Assembly: GCA_965215605.1 (NCBI GenBank)
Contig: OZ244070.1
Span: 1 to 64,000, forward strand
Source of the DNA: an uncultured Candidatus Binatia bacterium
GTDB taxonomy: Bacteria; Desulfobacterota; Binatia; UBA9968; JAJDTQ01
Direction: 5' to 3'
DNA length: 64,000 bases
Part shown: positions 9,188-19,598 of the stretch, one piece after another
Layout: the number at the start of each line of letters is the position of its first letter
Position numbering within the stretch: the first letter of the stretch is position 1
The notes under the pieces: model-generated
What the model saw: only the letters and a program-made list of their open reading frames with translations
Told to the model about the DNA's origin: nothing
Database searches by the model: none
Position numbers and translations under genes: made by a program

Positions 9188-10180
9188 TCATTCCTCCGCC
9201 ATGAACCGTTCATAAAGGGCGACGTTGTCGACGCTGCCGACGGCGATGGGCGTGCGCTGGTGGATGCCCTCCGGCACCACCTCGAGCAGCCGCCCGCGGC
9301 CGGTGCTGGCCGCTCCTCCCGCCTGCTCCGCCACGCACGCCAAGGGCGCGCACTCGTAGAGCAGGCGCAGCTTGCCGTTGGGGCTGCCGGGGTCGCCGGG
9401 ATAGAAGTACACGCCGCCGTCCAGCAGACAGCGGTGCAGGTCCGCCACCAGGGCGCCCGTATACCTGAGGGAATGGGGCCTGCCGGTGGACTTGTCCTGC
9501 TCCGTCACATGGTCCAGATACTTCCGCACGCCGGGCTCCCACGCCTTGTGCCGGCCGACGTTGGCGCTGTAGACGCTGCCCTTCTCCGGACAGCGGATAT
9601 CGTGGTGGGACAGCATGAACTCTCCCACCCCCCGATCAAGGGTGAATCCGTGAACGCCGGCGCCTACAGTATACACCAGCACCGTGCTGGTGCCGTAGAG
9701 CACGTAGCCGGCGCACACCAACTCCGTCCCCTTTTGCAGGAACTCGTCGGCGGACAGCTCGCCGGTCCGGCCGCGCCTGAACAGGCCGAAGATCGTCCCC
9801 AGCGGGGCGTTGACGTCGGTATTGGAGGAACCGTCCAGGGGATCCGTGCACAGCAGGTACCGCGCGTCCTCCGACGTGCTCATCACCACCGCCTCGTCCA
9901 GCTCCTCCGACGCGATGCCCGCCACCAGAGGGCAGCCCGAGAACGCCTCCATCACGATCTCGTTGCCGATCACGTCCAGCTTCTTCTGCATGTCGCCGGT
10001 GGCGTTGGCGTCGCCGGCCAGACCCAGCTTGCCGGCAAGGGCGGCCTGGTCGACCTCCCGGGCGAGGATCTTCCCCGCCAACGCCATGGGCTCCAGCAGC
10101 CCGAGCAGGTCCCCTGCCCCGTCCTGGCGCCAGCCCCCCTCCTCGATCAGATGTCGGTTCAGCGTCGTGCCTGCGGCCAT
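9188..10180 (-). CDS. fbp: Class 1 fructose-1,6-bisphosphatase
   Basis: SEE, DPLDGSSN, GTIFG, RYTGALVAD, GKLRLLYEC motifs. Confidence 0.95.
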   Translation of the reverse strand: MAAGTTLNRHLIEEGGWRQDGAGDLLGLLEPMALAGKILAREVDQAALAGKLGLAGDANATGDMQKKLDVIGNEIVMEAFSGCPLVAGIASEELDEAVVMSTSEDARYLLCTDPLDGSSNTDVNAPLGTIFGLFRRGRTGELSADEFLQKGTELVCAGYVLYGTSTVLVYTVGAGVHGFTLDRGVGEFMLSHHDIRCPEKGSVYSANVGRHKAWEPGVRKYLDHVTEQDKSTGRPHSLRYTGALVADLHRCLLDGGVYFYPGDPGSPNGKLRLLYECAPLACVAEQAGGAASTGRGRLLEVVPEGIHQRTPIAVGSVDNVALYERFMAEE

Positions 10181-10261
10181 CCTGACGACTCCTCGCTGTG
10201 GTTTCGACCCATCCCGTCAGTTAGGAGCATGTTCCCCGGAATGTCAACGCCGGGGCCGGGT

Positions 10262-11131
10262 TCAGGCCCTGATGCGCCGGGATGGCGGCTTGGAGAGTCC
10301 GGACGGCAGGTACCGCAGCGCGAGGCCGCCGAGGATCATCCCGCCGCCGATGCAGGTGGCGAGGGACGGCACCTCCCCCACCCACAACGCCACCCATAGC
10401 GGGTTGAGGACCGGCTCCACCAGGGAGATCAGAGATGCTTCCTGCACCGATATGTGCTCGATGCTCCTGAAGAAAAAGAAGTGGGCGAAGGCGAACTGGA
10501 CGACCCCCAGGCACGCCAGCGCGGCAAGCTGGGTCAGGGACACCGAGAGCGCGCCGTAGGCAAGACCGAGAAGGGCGAGAGTCGAGATGAAGTTGTTGGC
10601 CAGCATCAGCGCGAACGGGTCGAAGCCCTTGAGCGGGCGGAGGTTGACGAAATAGACCCCGAGCATGAACCCGCTGCCGAGGCCGACGGAAACGCCCAGC
10701 AGGTCCCGCGCGCCGGCGGCGCCGGCGAATATAATCAGGATGCCGGCGGTGCCGAAGAGCAGCGTCACCAGATTGGCGCGGGTGGGACGCTCGCGGAACA
10801 GCAGGTACACCAGTGCACAGACGAACACCGGGGCGGTGTTCTGCAGCACGATGGCATTGGCGGCGGTGGTGAGCTTGGTGGCCCACACCAAAGAACCCGT
10901 GGCCGCGGTGAACGCCAGGCCGGAGAACAGCAGCCGCGGTCGCGGGCGCCATCGCCGGGCACCCGCAAACGGGATGAAGAAGAGCAGGGCGAACAGGCTC
11001 CGGTAAAAGGCGATGACCGCGGCGGGGAGCGCCAGCGACTTGATGAAGACGCCGGCCAGACTCCAGCAGAAAGCGGCGAACAGCGCGAACAGTCTGCAGC
11101 GATTGATCGAGGCGCGGGACGCGTGTTCCAT
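10262..11131 (-). CDS. EamA/DMT family transporter
   Basis: About 10 hydrophobic segments. AANAIVLQNTAPVFV and SLISLVEPVLNPLWV repeats. Start approximate. Confidence 0.85.
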   Translation of the reverse strand: MEHASRASINRCRLFALFAAFCWSLAGVFIKSLALPAAVIAFYRSLFALLFFIPFAGARRWRPRPRLLFSGLAFTAATGSLVWATKLTTAANAIVLQNTAPVFVCALVYLLFRERPTRANLVTLLFGTAGILIIFAGAAGARDLLGVSVGLGSGFMLGVYFVNLRPLKGFDPFALMLANNFISTLALLGLAYGALSVSLTQLAALACLGVVQFAFAHFFFFRSIEHISVQEASLISLVEPVLNPLWVALWVGEVPSLATCIGGGMILGGLALRYLPSGLSKPPSRRIRA

Positions 11132-11290
11132 GGTTCTTCGGGGGTTGGGCGAACGAGCGCGCCCGCCAAGAGCCCTTTCGGCGGTAGCTGGACTCGGCGA
11201 GACCCGGGCGCAGGACCTGGCCGCCGCCGCTCTTCGGAATTCCGGTCCTGGCCCGCCGGGGTTCGGATACAAGGCGTCGCACCCTGAACG

Positions 11291-11326
11291 CAAAAGCCGG
11301 AGAAATGCACGCATTTCCCCGGCTTT
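11291..11326 (-). terminator. Rho-independent terminator after the ABC operon
   Basis: AAAGCCGGAGAAATGC/GCATTTCCCCGGCTTT hairpin (1 mismatch) followed by a T-run on the minus strand. Confidence 0.6.
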
Positions 11327-11398
11327 CCGGCCGGCCGCCGCGCCGGGATCGAACCTCCGGAGCGACGGGGTTCGCCCAGCGTGGCGTCTTGGTGAAAT

Positions 11399-12403
11399 TT
11401 ACGGCACGAACAGACCGTCGATATGAGCCTCCGCCTCCTTGGGAAAGATCCCCAGGGCGATGCCGTCCTTCAGGTACTGTTTCTGATTCGCCAGGTTCTT
11501 CGGGTTCGGCCACTTGAAGTCACCCGGAAGCAGGAACGGCCTGACCCGCTTGTAGCCGAGGTCCACGACGTCCTTCCCCTCCAGCCCGAAGATCTTCTTG
11601 GCGTACTTCCGGAAGTGTTCGGGGTCGTTCTGCACGCCGGCGATCATTTCCTGCCACGCGGCGCGTATCTTCCCCACCAATTGGGGGTTCTTTTTCGCCC
11701 AGGTTTCCTGAGCTCCCACCCAGCCGAACAGGTGAATGTCCTTGTTCAGCACCTGGGTAATCACGTCTCCCAGCTTGGCGATGGAGCGGTATTTGCCCGT
11801 GGCCATCATCCGGGTCACGTGTGCTTCCCAATGGAGCGCGGCATCCACCTCACCCTTCTCCATCACCGCGATGATGCCCGCGGCGCCCATCTTCTTGAGC
11901 TGGAAGTCCTTCTCGATGGAGACGCCCTGCTTCCTCATCATGAAATCGAACAGGTTGTAGGCCGAGGTGACTTCCCGCGGCACGGCGATGGACTTCCCCT
12001 TGAGGTCGGCGATGGTCTTGTAAGGGGAGTCCTTGCGGACCAGGACGTAGTTGTGCATCGTCCTCATGTAGGGCTGAATCAGTTTGAGGGGAATGCCCTT
12101 CATGTTGGCACGCAGGGCGGACTCCACGGTGGCCAGACCCACCGGGATGGCGCCGATGGCGATGAGGCGCTCGACGTTGGCCACTCCGCCCCAGCGGGGC
12201 TTGGCGACGAAGCCGTTCTTGCGGTCGAGCTTCTTGTCGATCATGTACTGGCCGCCCAGGCCGAAGACGCCGCCGGAAGGCAGGCCGAACTCCACCACGG
12301 GCAGGTCCGCGCCCAAGGCCGGCGCCGAGAGGCCCGGACCCAACAGGAACAGCCCCGCGGCCAGGACCAGCAGACGAAACTTCTTGACTCTCGCGATCAT
12401 CAT
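11399..12403 (-). CDS. ABC transporter substrate-binding protein (NitT/TauT, SsuA-like)
   Basis: Signal peptide, LVRKDSPYKTIADLKGKSIAV, GEVDAA. Confidence 0.88.
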   Translation of the reverse strand: MMIARVKKFRLLVLAAGLFLLGPGLSAPALGADLPVVEFGLPSGGVFGLGGQYMIDKKLDRKNGFVAKPRWGGVANVERLIAIGAIPVGLATVESALRANMKGIPLKLIQPYMRTMHNYVLVRKDSPYKTIADLKGKSIAVPREVTSAYNLFDFMMRKQGVSIEKDFQLKKMGAAGIIAVMEKGEVDAALHWEAHVTRMMATGKYRSIAKLGDVITQVLNKDIHLFGWVGAQETWAKKNPQLVGKIRAAWQEMIAGVQNDPEHFRKYAKKIFGLEGKDVVDLGYKRVRPFLLPGDFKWPNPKNLANQKQYLKDGIALGIFPKEAEAHIDGLFVP

Positions 12404-13173
12404 GCTTCCTCCTTCACCAGGTTGAGTATGGTTTGCAGCACTTCCTGCTTGAACTCGATGAACCGCATGTCGTCGGTATCCCGCTCCGAGGAGCGGAGGG
12501 GGTTCTCGTAGACCGCGGCGATGCGCGCCGGACGGGCGGAGAAGATCACGATACGATCCCCCATGTAGGCCGATTCCTCAACGTCGTGGGTTACCAGCAA
12601 GGCGGTCTGCTTCAGCCGGGAGCATATCTGCAGCGTGTCCTCCCGCAACTGGCGCGCCGTAAGCTGGTCGAGCTTGCTGTAGGGCTCATCCATCAGCAGC
12701 ACCTGCGGCTCGATCACCAGCCCGCGGGCCAGACCCACGCGTTGCCGCATGCCGCCGGACAGGTAGAGGGGATACTGCTTGCGGAAATCCGTGAGTCCCA
12801 CCAGCGACAGGTACTTGTCCAGCCGCTCGCCCCACTCGTCCGCCGGGACCTCCATCCCCCTGAGGGCGAATTTCAGGTTGTCCTCCACCCGCTTCCAGTT
12901 GAGCAGCCTTGGATCCTGGAACACGTAGCCCAGTTGCGGGTGCGCCCGCCCTTCGTCCTCGCCCTCCGAAATGATCTCCACCCGCCCATGGTCAAGGCGC
13001 TCGAGTCCGGTGATGATGTTCAACAGCGTCGATTTGCCACAGCCCGACGGCCCCAGCAACGCCGTGATGCCGTATTCCTTGGTGTCGAAGGAAATGCCGT
13101 CCAACACCTTCAGCGGCGAGCCGTCCTCGCGGGAAAAGAACTTGACCGCTTCGTCGATACGTACGTAGGACAC
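12400..13173 (-). CDS. ABC transporter ATP-binding protein (NitT/TauT)
   Basis: GTG start (VSYVRID). GPSGCGKS Walker A, LSGGMRQR, LLMDEP, VTHD. Confidence 0.92.
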   Translation of the reverse strand: MSYVRIDEAVKFFSREDGSPLKVLDGISFDTKEYGITALLGPSGCGKSTLLNIITGLERLDHGRVEIISEGEDEGRAHPQLGYVFQDPRLLNWKRVEDNLKFALRGMEVPADEWGERLDKYLSLVGLTDFRKQYPLYLSGGMRQRVGLARGLVIEPQVLLMDEPYSKLDQLTARQLREDTLQICSRLKQTALLVTHDVEESAYMGDRIVIFSARPARIAAVYENPLRSSERDTDDMRFIEFKQEVLQTILNLVKEEA

Positions 13174-14027
13174 TACCGCCTCCAGGCCTCGACGCGCGGC
13201 CGCCAGCGGGTGACGCTGCGCTCCAGCACGCCTACCACGCCGAACTCGAGAAAGATCATCACGATCAGGAACGTGATGGCCCAGGCCAGCACCCCCTTGA
13301 CCGAGAAGAGGTCGAACTGGTGCATGACCTGGTAGCCGACGCCGTTGCTGAAGCCGAACCCTTCGACCAGCACGATCACCTTCCACGCCAGCCCCAGGCC
13401 GTATCGTATGGCGGCCAGGATATGGGACACCAACTGCGGCAGGATCACGTCCACCAGCTTGGAGTATACGCTGGCGTGGAACGCGGTGCTCATGTCGATG
13501 AGGTCCTTGTCCAATGACTTGGTCCCCTGCCAGATACTGATGGTGAGCATGGGCGAGATGGTCACGGCCACGGCGATGTAGGCGCTGATCTCCTTGATGC
13601 CGAAGACCATGATCATCAGCAGCGCCCAGATGAGGCCCGGCATGGTGAGGCCCAGGATCACCGGAGGCTCGAAGAAGCTCTCCTGGTTCCGGAAGCTCCC
13701 CATGATGATCCCCAGTGGCGTGCTCACCACCATGGCGAGGCCGAAGCCGACGAACACGCGCCAAAGCGTGTTGCCCATGTGATGATAGAACTCCCCCGTC
13801 TTGATGATGACGCCTACCTCGGCGAACGTTTCCCACGGCCTCGGCACCAGGGCGGGGGGGAAGAAGAGGCCCATCGCCCACCATGCAAGGATGAGCGCCA
13901 AGACGGAGCCCACGCGGAGAGCGACGTCCCGCCCGGCCTCGGAAAAGACGGAAGCGGTCTTCCGCGGCCCTCTGAGCGGTTCCGTGTCGGGTGCTGTACC
14001 AAGCGTCAACTCCTCCTGTTTCGCCAT
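13173..14027 (-). CDS. ABC transporter permease (NitT/TauT)
   Basis: TLWRVFVGFGLA, DKDLIDMS..VILPQ EAA-like loop, AWKVIVLVE. Confidence 0.9.
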   Translation of the reverse strand: MAKQEELTLGTAPDTEPLRGPRKTASVFSEAGRDVALRVGSVLALILAWWAMGLFFPPALVPRPWETFAEVGVIIKTGEFYHHMGNTLWRVFVGFGLAMVVSTPLGIIMGSFRNQESFFEPPVILGLTMPGLIWALLMIMVFGIKEISAYIAVAVTISPMLTISIWQGTKSLDKDLIDMSTAFHASVYSKLVDVILPQLVSHILAAIRYGLGLAWKVIVLVEGFGFSNGVGYQVMHQFDLFSVKGVLAWAITFLIVMIFLEFGVVGVLERSVTRWRPRVEAWRR

Positions 14028-14211
14028 GGATGATGTCTCCTGATACGAACGACCGAATTCGCCGCCAAGCGCGCCGATGTTAGTCCATCGCATGACGGCT
14101 GTCAAATTCACCCCTCCGGGCATTTCACCCGCCATTGGCGGCTCACTTTACTCCGCATGTGGGTATTGATATACCCGCTGCCGAGTCAGGTCCGCTGCGA
14201 GGAGGATCGCC

Positions 14212-15393
14212 ATGCGAAGCGCCTACGGTCTCAAGATTCCCGAAATCGACCCCGAGCTCACCCGGGTGGGGCCGGGCACGCCGTGCGGCGAGCTCATGCG
14301 GCGATACTGGCAACCGGTGTGCCTGTCGGCCGACCTTTCCGACCTGCCCAAGCGCATCCGCATCCTCGGCGAGGACCTGATTGCTTTCCGGGACGGAAAG
14401 GGACGCGCCGGGCTGCTGTTCTTCCGTTGCAGCCACCGGGGCACCTCGCTGGAATACGGGCGGGTGGAGCGGGACGGGCTCCGCTGCTGCTATCACGGCT
14501 GGCTCTACGACGTGGAGGGCCGCATCCTCGACATGCCGCTGGAGCCCCCCGAGAGCACCGTGAAGGACCACCTCTGGCACCCCGCCTACCCGGTGCAGGA
14601 GTTCGGCGGGCTGTTGTTCGCCTACATGGGCCCCCTGGACAAGATGCCGCTGCTGCCGCGCTATGACCTGTTGCAGGCGGAAGGAGGCACGCTGAAGCCG
14701 CGCTTCGGCCCTCGCGTGGGCGGCGCGCAGGATTGCAACTGGCTACAGAGCGAGGAGAACCTCATGGACGCGCTCCATGCGGTGTGGCTGCACACGGTCC
14801 ACAGCGGCGCCCAGTTCCCCACCCAGGCCCATTCGACGCTGCCGGAGCGGCTGGTCTACGAGGAGACCGACATCGGCATGCGGTTCATCATGACCCGCAA
14901 GCTCGACGACGGGCGCTGGGCCGACGTCATCTGGGAAAACATCATGCCGCTCAACGTGCACCTGACCTACACGGACGAGCCGGTGACGGAGAAGGTGAAC
15001 CAGGTGTCCTTCTGCGTTCCCGTGGACGATACCCACCAGCTCGGCGCCAACATCCGCTGGATTCCGGACGGCGCCGACCCTTCGGAACTGTCGGGACGCG
15101 AGAAGCTCGCCCCGGCGGGCCGGGGACCCCGGGACTACGAATACAGCCAGCGCTACCCCGACGACAAGGAAGCCCAGGAGGGTCAGGGAGAGATCGTGAT
15201 CCACGCCATGGAGCGCCACGTGAGCTCGGACGAGGGCGTGCTGCTGTTCCGCAAGATCCTCAAGACCGCCATCGAGGACGTCAAGGCCGGCAGGGACCCC
15301 AAGGGGATCATCAGGGATCCCGACAGGGCGGCCTGCGTGCCCACCACCGCGGGCGCCATCGTGCACGCGGCCCGGCCCGCCCACGTGGCCTGA
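14212..15393 (+). CDS. Rieske non-heme iron oxygenase alpha subunit (phthalate/LigX-like)
   Basis: LTRVGPGTPCGELMRRYWQP, CSHRG...CCYHGW Rieske ligands, ENLMDALHAVWLH iron site. Confidence 0.92.
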   Translation: MRSAYGLKIPEIDPELTRVGPGTPCGELMRRYWQPVCLSADLSDLPKRIRILGEDLIAFRDGKGRAGLLFFRCSHRGTSLEYGRVERDGLRCCYHGWLYDVEGRILDMPLEPPESTVKDHLWHPAYPVQEFGGLLFAYMGPLDKMPLLPRYDLLQAEGGTLKPRFGPRVGGAQDCNWLQSEENLMDALHAVWLHTVHSGAQFPTQAHSTLPERLVYEETDIGMRFIMTRKLDDGRWADVIWENIMPLNVHLTYTDEPVTEKVNQVSFCVPVDDTHQLGANIRWIPDGADPSELSGREKLAPAGRGPRDYEYSQRYPDDKEAQEGQGEIVIHAMERHVSSDEGVLLFRKILKTAIEDVKAGRDPKGIIRDPDRAACVPTTAGAIVHAARPAHVA

Positions 15394-15521
15394 CAGGCCG
15401 GCGTTTTCGATCCCCTGCCCTTCGTGGGGTCCCCTTTGTTTGTCGGCCGCATACGACCGGATCAAGACTGTACACCGAACAGGACCTTCCTGATCATCCG
15501 GCGAGGGAGAAGAACTTGAAC

Positions 15522-17120
15522 ATGCCATCCATCGACCCGCTGGCCACTCGGGCCCTGTTGGCCTCGGATACCCTTCACGCCTGCATCGACGTGCGCGAGC
15601 GCGGCGAGTTCGCGCGGGCGCAGATCGCCGGCACCAGCCCCGTCAACAGGGGCGCCCTGGAGCTCCGGCTGCCGGTGATGGTGCCCGACCGGCGCGTTCC
15701 GGTGGTGGTATGCTGCGACGACGGACGCCGCAGCGGGCTGGCGGCGGAGACGCTGGCGAGCATGGGCTACACGGACGTCAAGGTGCTGGCGGGCGGTATC
15801 GACGAGTGGCAGCGCCAGGGCCTGCCGGTGCGCTCGGGCTGGGGCGTACACGGCAAGGAATACGGCGAGCGCGTCGCCCACGGCGGCAACGTCACCCACC
15901 TCGACGCCGTGGAGCTGGCGCGCCGGCGCAAGGCCGGCGAGGACGTGGTGGTGGTGGACGTGCGGTCGCGTGAGGAGTACCTGCGCGGCCACGTGCCGGA
16001 CACCTACCACATTCCCGGCGGCAACCTCTTGCTGGACGCCCCGCGGCTGCCGTTGGCCGAGGACACCACGCTGGTGGTGAGCTGCGCCGGCCGCACCCGC
16101 GGCATCCTCGGCGCCCAACTGCTCCACGACAACGGCTTCACCAACGTCTACGCCCTGGAGAACGGCGTCATGGGCTGGTTCCTGGCCGGCGGCCATATCG
16201 CCACGGGCCAGGGCAAGGAAGTGCCCGAGACGGCGGCGGCGGCGCGGGCCGCCCAGGTCCGCCAGGCCACCGAGGCTCTCGCTTCGCGAGAAGGCGCCAA
16301 GCGCTGTCCGCTCGACGCCTTCCTTACGGTCTACGACGACCACCGGGCCTTCTACCTGCTGGACGTGCGGCTGCCCGAGGAATACGACACGAGCCACGTA
16401 CCCCGGTCCGTTTCGCTGCCCCTGGGGCAGATGGCACTGGCCCACGAGAACTTCCTCGCCGTGCGCGGCGCGCCCGTGTTCGTGGTCTCCGACGACGACC
16501 TGCGGCCGGTGTGGGCCGCTTCCCTGCTGCGAAACCTCGGCTTCCGCCAAGTCGCCATCCTCGACGGCGGCCTTCGGGCATGGGACCGGGCCGGTCTGCC
16601 CCTGCAACAAGGGACTCCGGAGTCCACGGTCTTCGGGTTGGAGGAAGCACGAGCCCAGACCGCCCTCATCGATCCGCCGGCGCTCCAGGCCCATCTCGAA
16701 TCATCGGCCCTCGCCCTGGACGTCCGCAGCATCGGCGAATACGGCTTCGCCCACATCCCGGGCACCCGCTGGCTCCCCCGCGGCCGCCTGGAGCTCGACG
16801 TCGAGCGCACGGCGCCCGACAAGACCGCGCCGCTGGCGGTGATCTGCGACAACGGTACGCGCTCGACGCTGGCGGCCGGTACCCTGCGGCAACTCGGTTA
16901 CACCGCCGTCCAGGTGCTCGAAGGCGGGACCCGGGCATGGGAGAGCGGCGGCCTTGCACTGGAGGACGGCCTTGAGGGCACCGGCGTCTCCACCGAGGAC
17001 GCGCAGGCCGACTTCGGCCACAGCGTCTGGCACGGCGCGCTGGGGAAGTCCCGCGAGGACATGGAACGCTACCTGTCCTGGGAAATCGACCTGGTCAAGG
17101 AAGGGGAAACAGCGTCCTGA
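15522..17120 (+). CDS. Four-domain rhodanese-like sulfurtransferase
   Basis: Four DVR..E repeats with loops CDDGRRS, CAGRTRG, SDDDLRP and CDNGTRS, each followed by L.GG..W. Confidence 0.88.
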   Translation: MPSIDPLATRALLASDTLHACIDVRERGEFARAQIAGTSPVNRGALELRLPVMVPDRRVPVVVCCDDGRRSGLAAETLASMGYTDVKVLAGGIDEWQRQGLPVRSGWGVHGKEYGERVAHGGNVTHLDAVELARRRKAGEDVVVVDVRSREEYLRGHVPDTYHIPGGNLLLDAPRLPLAEDTTLVVSCAGRTRGILGAQLLHDNGFTNVYALENGVMGWFLAGGHIATGQGKEVPETAAAARAAQVRQATEALASREGAKRCPLDAFLTVYDDHRAFYLLDVRLPEEYDTSHVPRSVSLPLGQMALAHENFLAVRGAPVFVVSDDDLRPVWAASLLRNLGFRQVAILDGGLRAWDRAGLPLQQGTPESTVFGLEEARAQTALIDPPALQAHLESSALALDVRSIGEYGFAHIPGTRWLPRGRLELDVERTAPDKTAPLAVICDNGTRSTLAAGTLRQLGYTAVQVLEGGTRAWESGGLALEDGLEGTGVSTEDAQADFGHSVWHGALGKSREDMERYLSWEIDLVKEGETAS

Positions 17121-17135
17121 GACGCCGGCGCGCGG

Positions 17136-17654
17136 TCACGGCCCCGGCACTCTGGCGGCCATGCCGTGGAAGAGCAAGCCGCCCACGAAGCCCACGAAGG
17201 GGGGCAGCACGAGACTGGCCAGGAATCGGGCTACGGTTATCTCCAGGCCCAGTATGGGAATTTCCCAGATGATGACCCGGTGGAAGCCGATGAGGGACCA
17301 TGACGTCAGATAGGCGATGATGGGTCCGGCGCCGGCGCCCGAGGCCATCAGTGAGGCCACGATGGGGAAGTGCATCATGGGCCCGCCCGGGGTGAACGCC
17401 CCGGCGGCGGTGCCGATCAAGAGCCCACGCACCCCGGACCCTTCCCCGATCCACTGGGAGACCAGGTCCGTCGGCAGGATGACCTGGATCATGCCCGCCA
17501 CCGCGAAGGCGAAAATCATCTTGGGAAGCGTGGCCATCAGGAGCTGGCCGCCGCTCGACAGGCCCGCCATCGCCCGTGGCGCACCGTAGAAATGGAGCAC
17601 GTACACGCCCACGACGATGCTGGCCCCGAACATGAACCAAAAGCCCCCGTCCAT
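17136..17654 (-). CDS. Small predicted permease (DUF318/ArsP-like)
   Basis: Hydrophobic. WIGEGSGVRGLLIGTAAGAFTPGGP and IAYLTSWSL. GGAGA RBS before ATG 17654. Confidence 0.75.
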   Translation of the reverse strand: MDGGFWFMFGASIVVGVYVLHFYGAPRAMAGLSSGGQLLMATLPKMIFAFAVAGMIQVILPTDLVSQWIGEGSGVRGLLIGTAAGAFTPGGPMMHFPIVASLMASGAGAGPIIAYLTSWSLIGFHRVIIWEIPILGLEITVARFLASLVLPPFVGFVGGLLFHGMAARVPGP

Positions 17655-18123
17655 ACCGAGTCTCCCTGCTATGCCGCGCCGTCTCTTCCGCATAACGTGC
17701 TCAGCTTAATCGACTTCGGAGCCCGCCGACACCTCACGAGGCTTGCGCAACTTGACACTAATGGAAACCAGCCTCTCCAAACACGTATAACATGCTGATT
17801 TATAGCAGTTTCTTATCAGGCCTCTATCCAAGCATTCCGTCGCCGTAAGCGATCCGCAAGCGGTCTGAGTATAACGACGGTGCCTCTCAGCGCGCCCTTG
17901 TCGCTTTGTCGTCCGTTTGGTTTTTCTTCCCTCACGACCCGTTCCGGGATTCAACACCCTCATGTGGGAAACCTGTGAAGGTCCACGCTCCTGCTAATGT
18001 CAATCTTGAGTCGCGCCTAATCTTGTTCACCAATGCCAAGGACTGTTCCGAGCCTTTGTTCATCGAGTAGAAAGAGCAGGGGTTCGGGGATGGTCGCGTT
18101 TTCGTTTCTGAACACTGGAATAA

Positions 18124-18162
18124 GCCGGAATTGGCCGGAATTGGCCGGAATTGGCCGGAATT
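18124..18162. repeat. 10-bp tandem repeat (GCCGGAATTG, about 4 copies)
   Basis: gccggaattg gccggaattg gccggaattg gccggaatt, directly after the stop of the 18168..19598 gene. Confidence 0.85.
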
Positions 18163-18167
18163 CGGCT

Positions 18168-19598
18168 CTATAGTCGCTTCCAGCGAGCACCTCGACCACG
18201 ACCTGTGGTTGCCACGAGTCCCTTGGCCTTGAGGGATGCCAAGTCTCCCCTCAGTCGTCGGATATCCAGCTCTGCCAGCCGTGCGTGGATCTCACGCAAC
18301 GCCAAGGCTCGCTCGCCTTGTTCGAGCAGCGCAAGGATCGCTTGCTGACTAATTGTCAGGTGTTCCAAACGCAGCGAAAAGGACTTGGTGTCCTCTGCGT
18401 GAAAGCGTAGAGGAAGGTCAATGAGGCGCTTCCCGTGCCGGAAACACACGGTTACACAGCCTGCCGCATCTTCTATCTCTGGCGGCCGTAGACCCGCCGC
18501 AGTCGCACCGGCTGCCATTTTCAGGGTGCCAGTCCCCCACTCTTCGATGATGCCCCGGTGGTAAAAGGTGTTAGCGATCAAAGGGTTCCAGGGTTGAGAT
18601 GAGTGCGGCTTGAACAATAGCTCCGGCGTCAATCCGAAGTGAAGCGTACCCGAGGACGTGACCTCCAGGCGATCATCGTAGATCGCCAAGCCCACCGATC
18701 CGCCGCCGATGGCGTAGTCGCGATGGCACAGTGCATTCGCAATGGCCTCACGCACGACCAGGAGCGGGTAGAGCGGTTCGTCGATGCGTTCGAACCGATC
18801 AGTTTCAAACCGGCTGGCGATGGGGTTGTGGTCGCGCACGAAATGTTCCGCATCCCTGAGCAGCTTGAAGGCGTGGCCGCGAAACTGGCGATTGTCGAGG
18901 AATTCGCTACGGTCATCGCCGCGGAACCGGGCGACCCGGAGCAGACATTGCGGCATGTCGAATCCGATACGCTCGGCCTTGCCGAACAAGACGACGGCAG
19001 CGCGCCATGGAATCCCGTCCCGGTAGAGCTTGAGACCTCGCAGCAGATCCTTTGGGTCTCGGGTGCCGGGATCGTCCATGCGCCCCTTCTGGACCGCCTC
19101 ATACACCGTTCGTTGAATCTCCTCGATATCGAGATCGTCTACCGACCATCCCACGGCGGGCTGGTTCTCCCAACGCTGGTCGCTATGCAACCGCTCCAAG
19201 AGCATGTGGTTGTACTCTTCAGCCGACATTTGGACGGTTGTATTGCCCATTCGACGGTAGGCTTCGCCCCGATACCGGTACGGCTTGGTGGCGCCGGGGC
19301 TCACGCGAACCATGACGACCTCTCGATCCGGAGTCACCCGAACTCGTTCGATCGATGGAAAGGCTGGCGGGTCGATTCGTCGCAACTCCTCGCTCATTTC
19401 CTCGATAGTGCGGTCGCTCACCTGTTGGCCGATCACTTTGCCATTTGGGTTCACTCCAAACAGCAGTTGGCCACCGTTCTGGTTGAGCATCGCACAGACC
19501 GTTCTTGTGGCCTCACGCCGCAACCTTGTCGTGCTCTTCATCTCCAGCGTCTCGGATTCCCCGGACGCAGCCATCGCCTTGATCTCGTCGGCGGTCAT
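18168..19598 (-). CDS. Schlafen/AlbA_2 + HATPase_c_4 + HTH protein
   Basis: ESETLEMKS, CAMLNQNGGQLLFGV, YPLLVVREAIANALCHRDY, PWNPLIA, WGTGT, C-terminal GRGRGARW wHTH. Confidence 0.88.
   Translation of the reverse strand: MTADEIKAMAASGESETLEMKSTTRLRREATRTVCAMLNQNGGQLLFGVNPNGKVIGQQVSDRTIEEMSEELRRIDPPAFPSIERVRVTPDREVVMVRVSPGATKPYRYRGEAYRRMGNTTVQMSAEEYNHMLLERLHSDQRWENQPAVGWSVDDLDIEEIQRTVYEAVQKGRMDDPGTRDPKDLLRGLKLYRDGIPWRAAVVLFGKAERIGFDMPQCLLRVARFRGDDRSEFLDNRQFRGHAFKLLRDAEHFVRDHNPIASRFETDRFERIDEPLYPLLVVREAIANALCHRDYAIGGGSVGLAIYDDRLEVTSSGTLHFGLTPELLFKPHSSQPWNPLIANTFYHRGIIEEWGTGTLKMAAGATAAGLRPPEIEDAAGCVTVCFRHGKRLIDLPLRFHAEDTKSFSLRLEHLTISQQAILALLEQGERALALREIHARLAELDIRRLRGDLASLKAKGLVATTGRGRGARWKRL

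Noticed and set aside
17680-17800. dif/Xer-like or att site at the islet edge (CTTCCGCATAA; ACTTGACACTAA)
   Set aside because: The half-sites are not arranged 11-6-11, and no matching repeat was found at the other islet end.
18121-18165. Possible CRISPR or iteron array
   Set aside because: Contiguous 10-bp units with no spacers, and no cas or rep genes.
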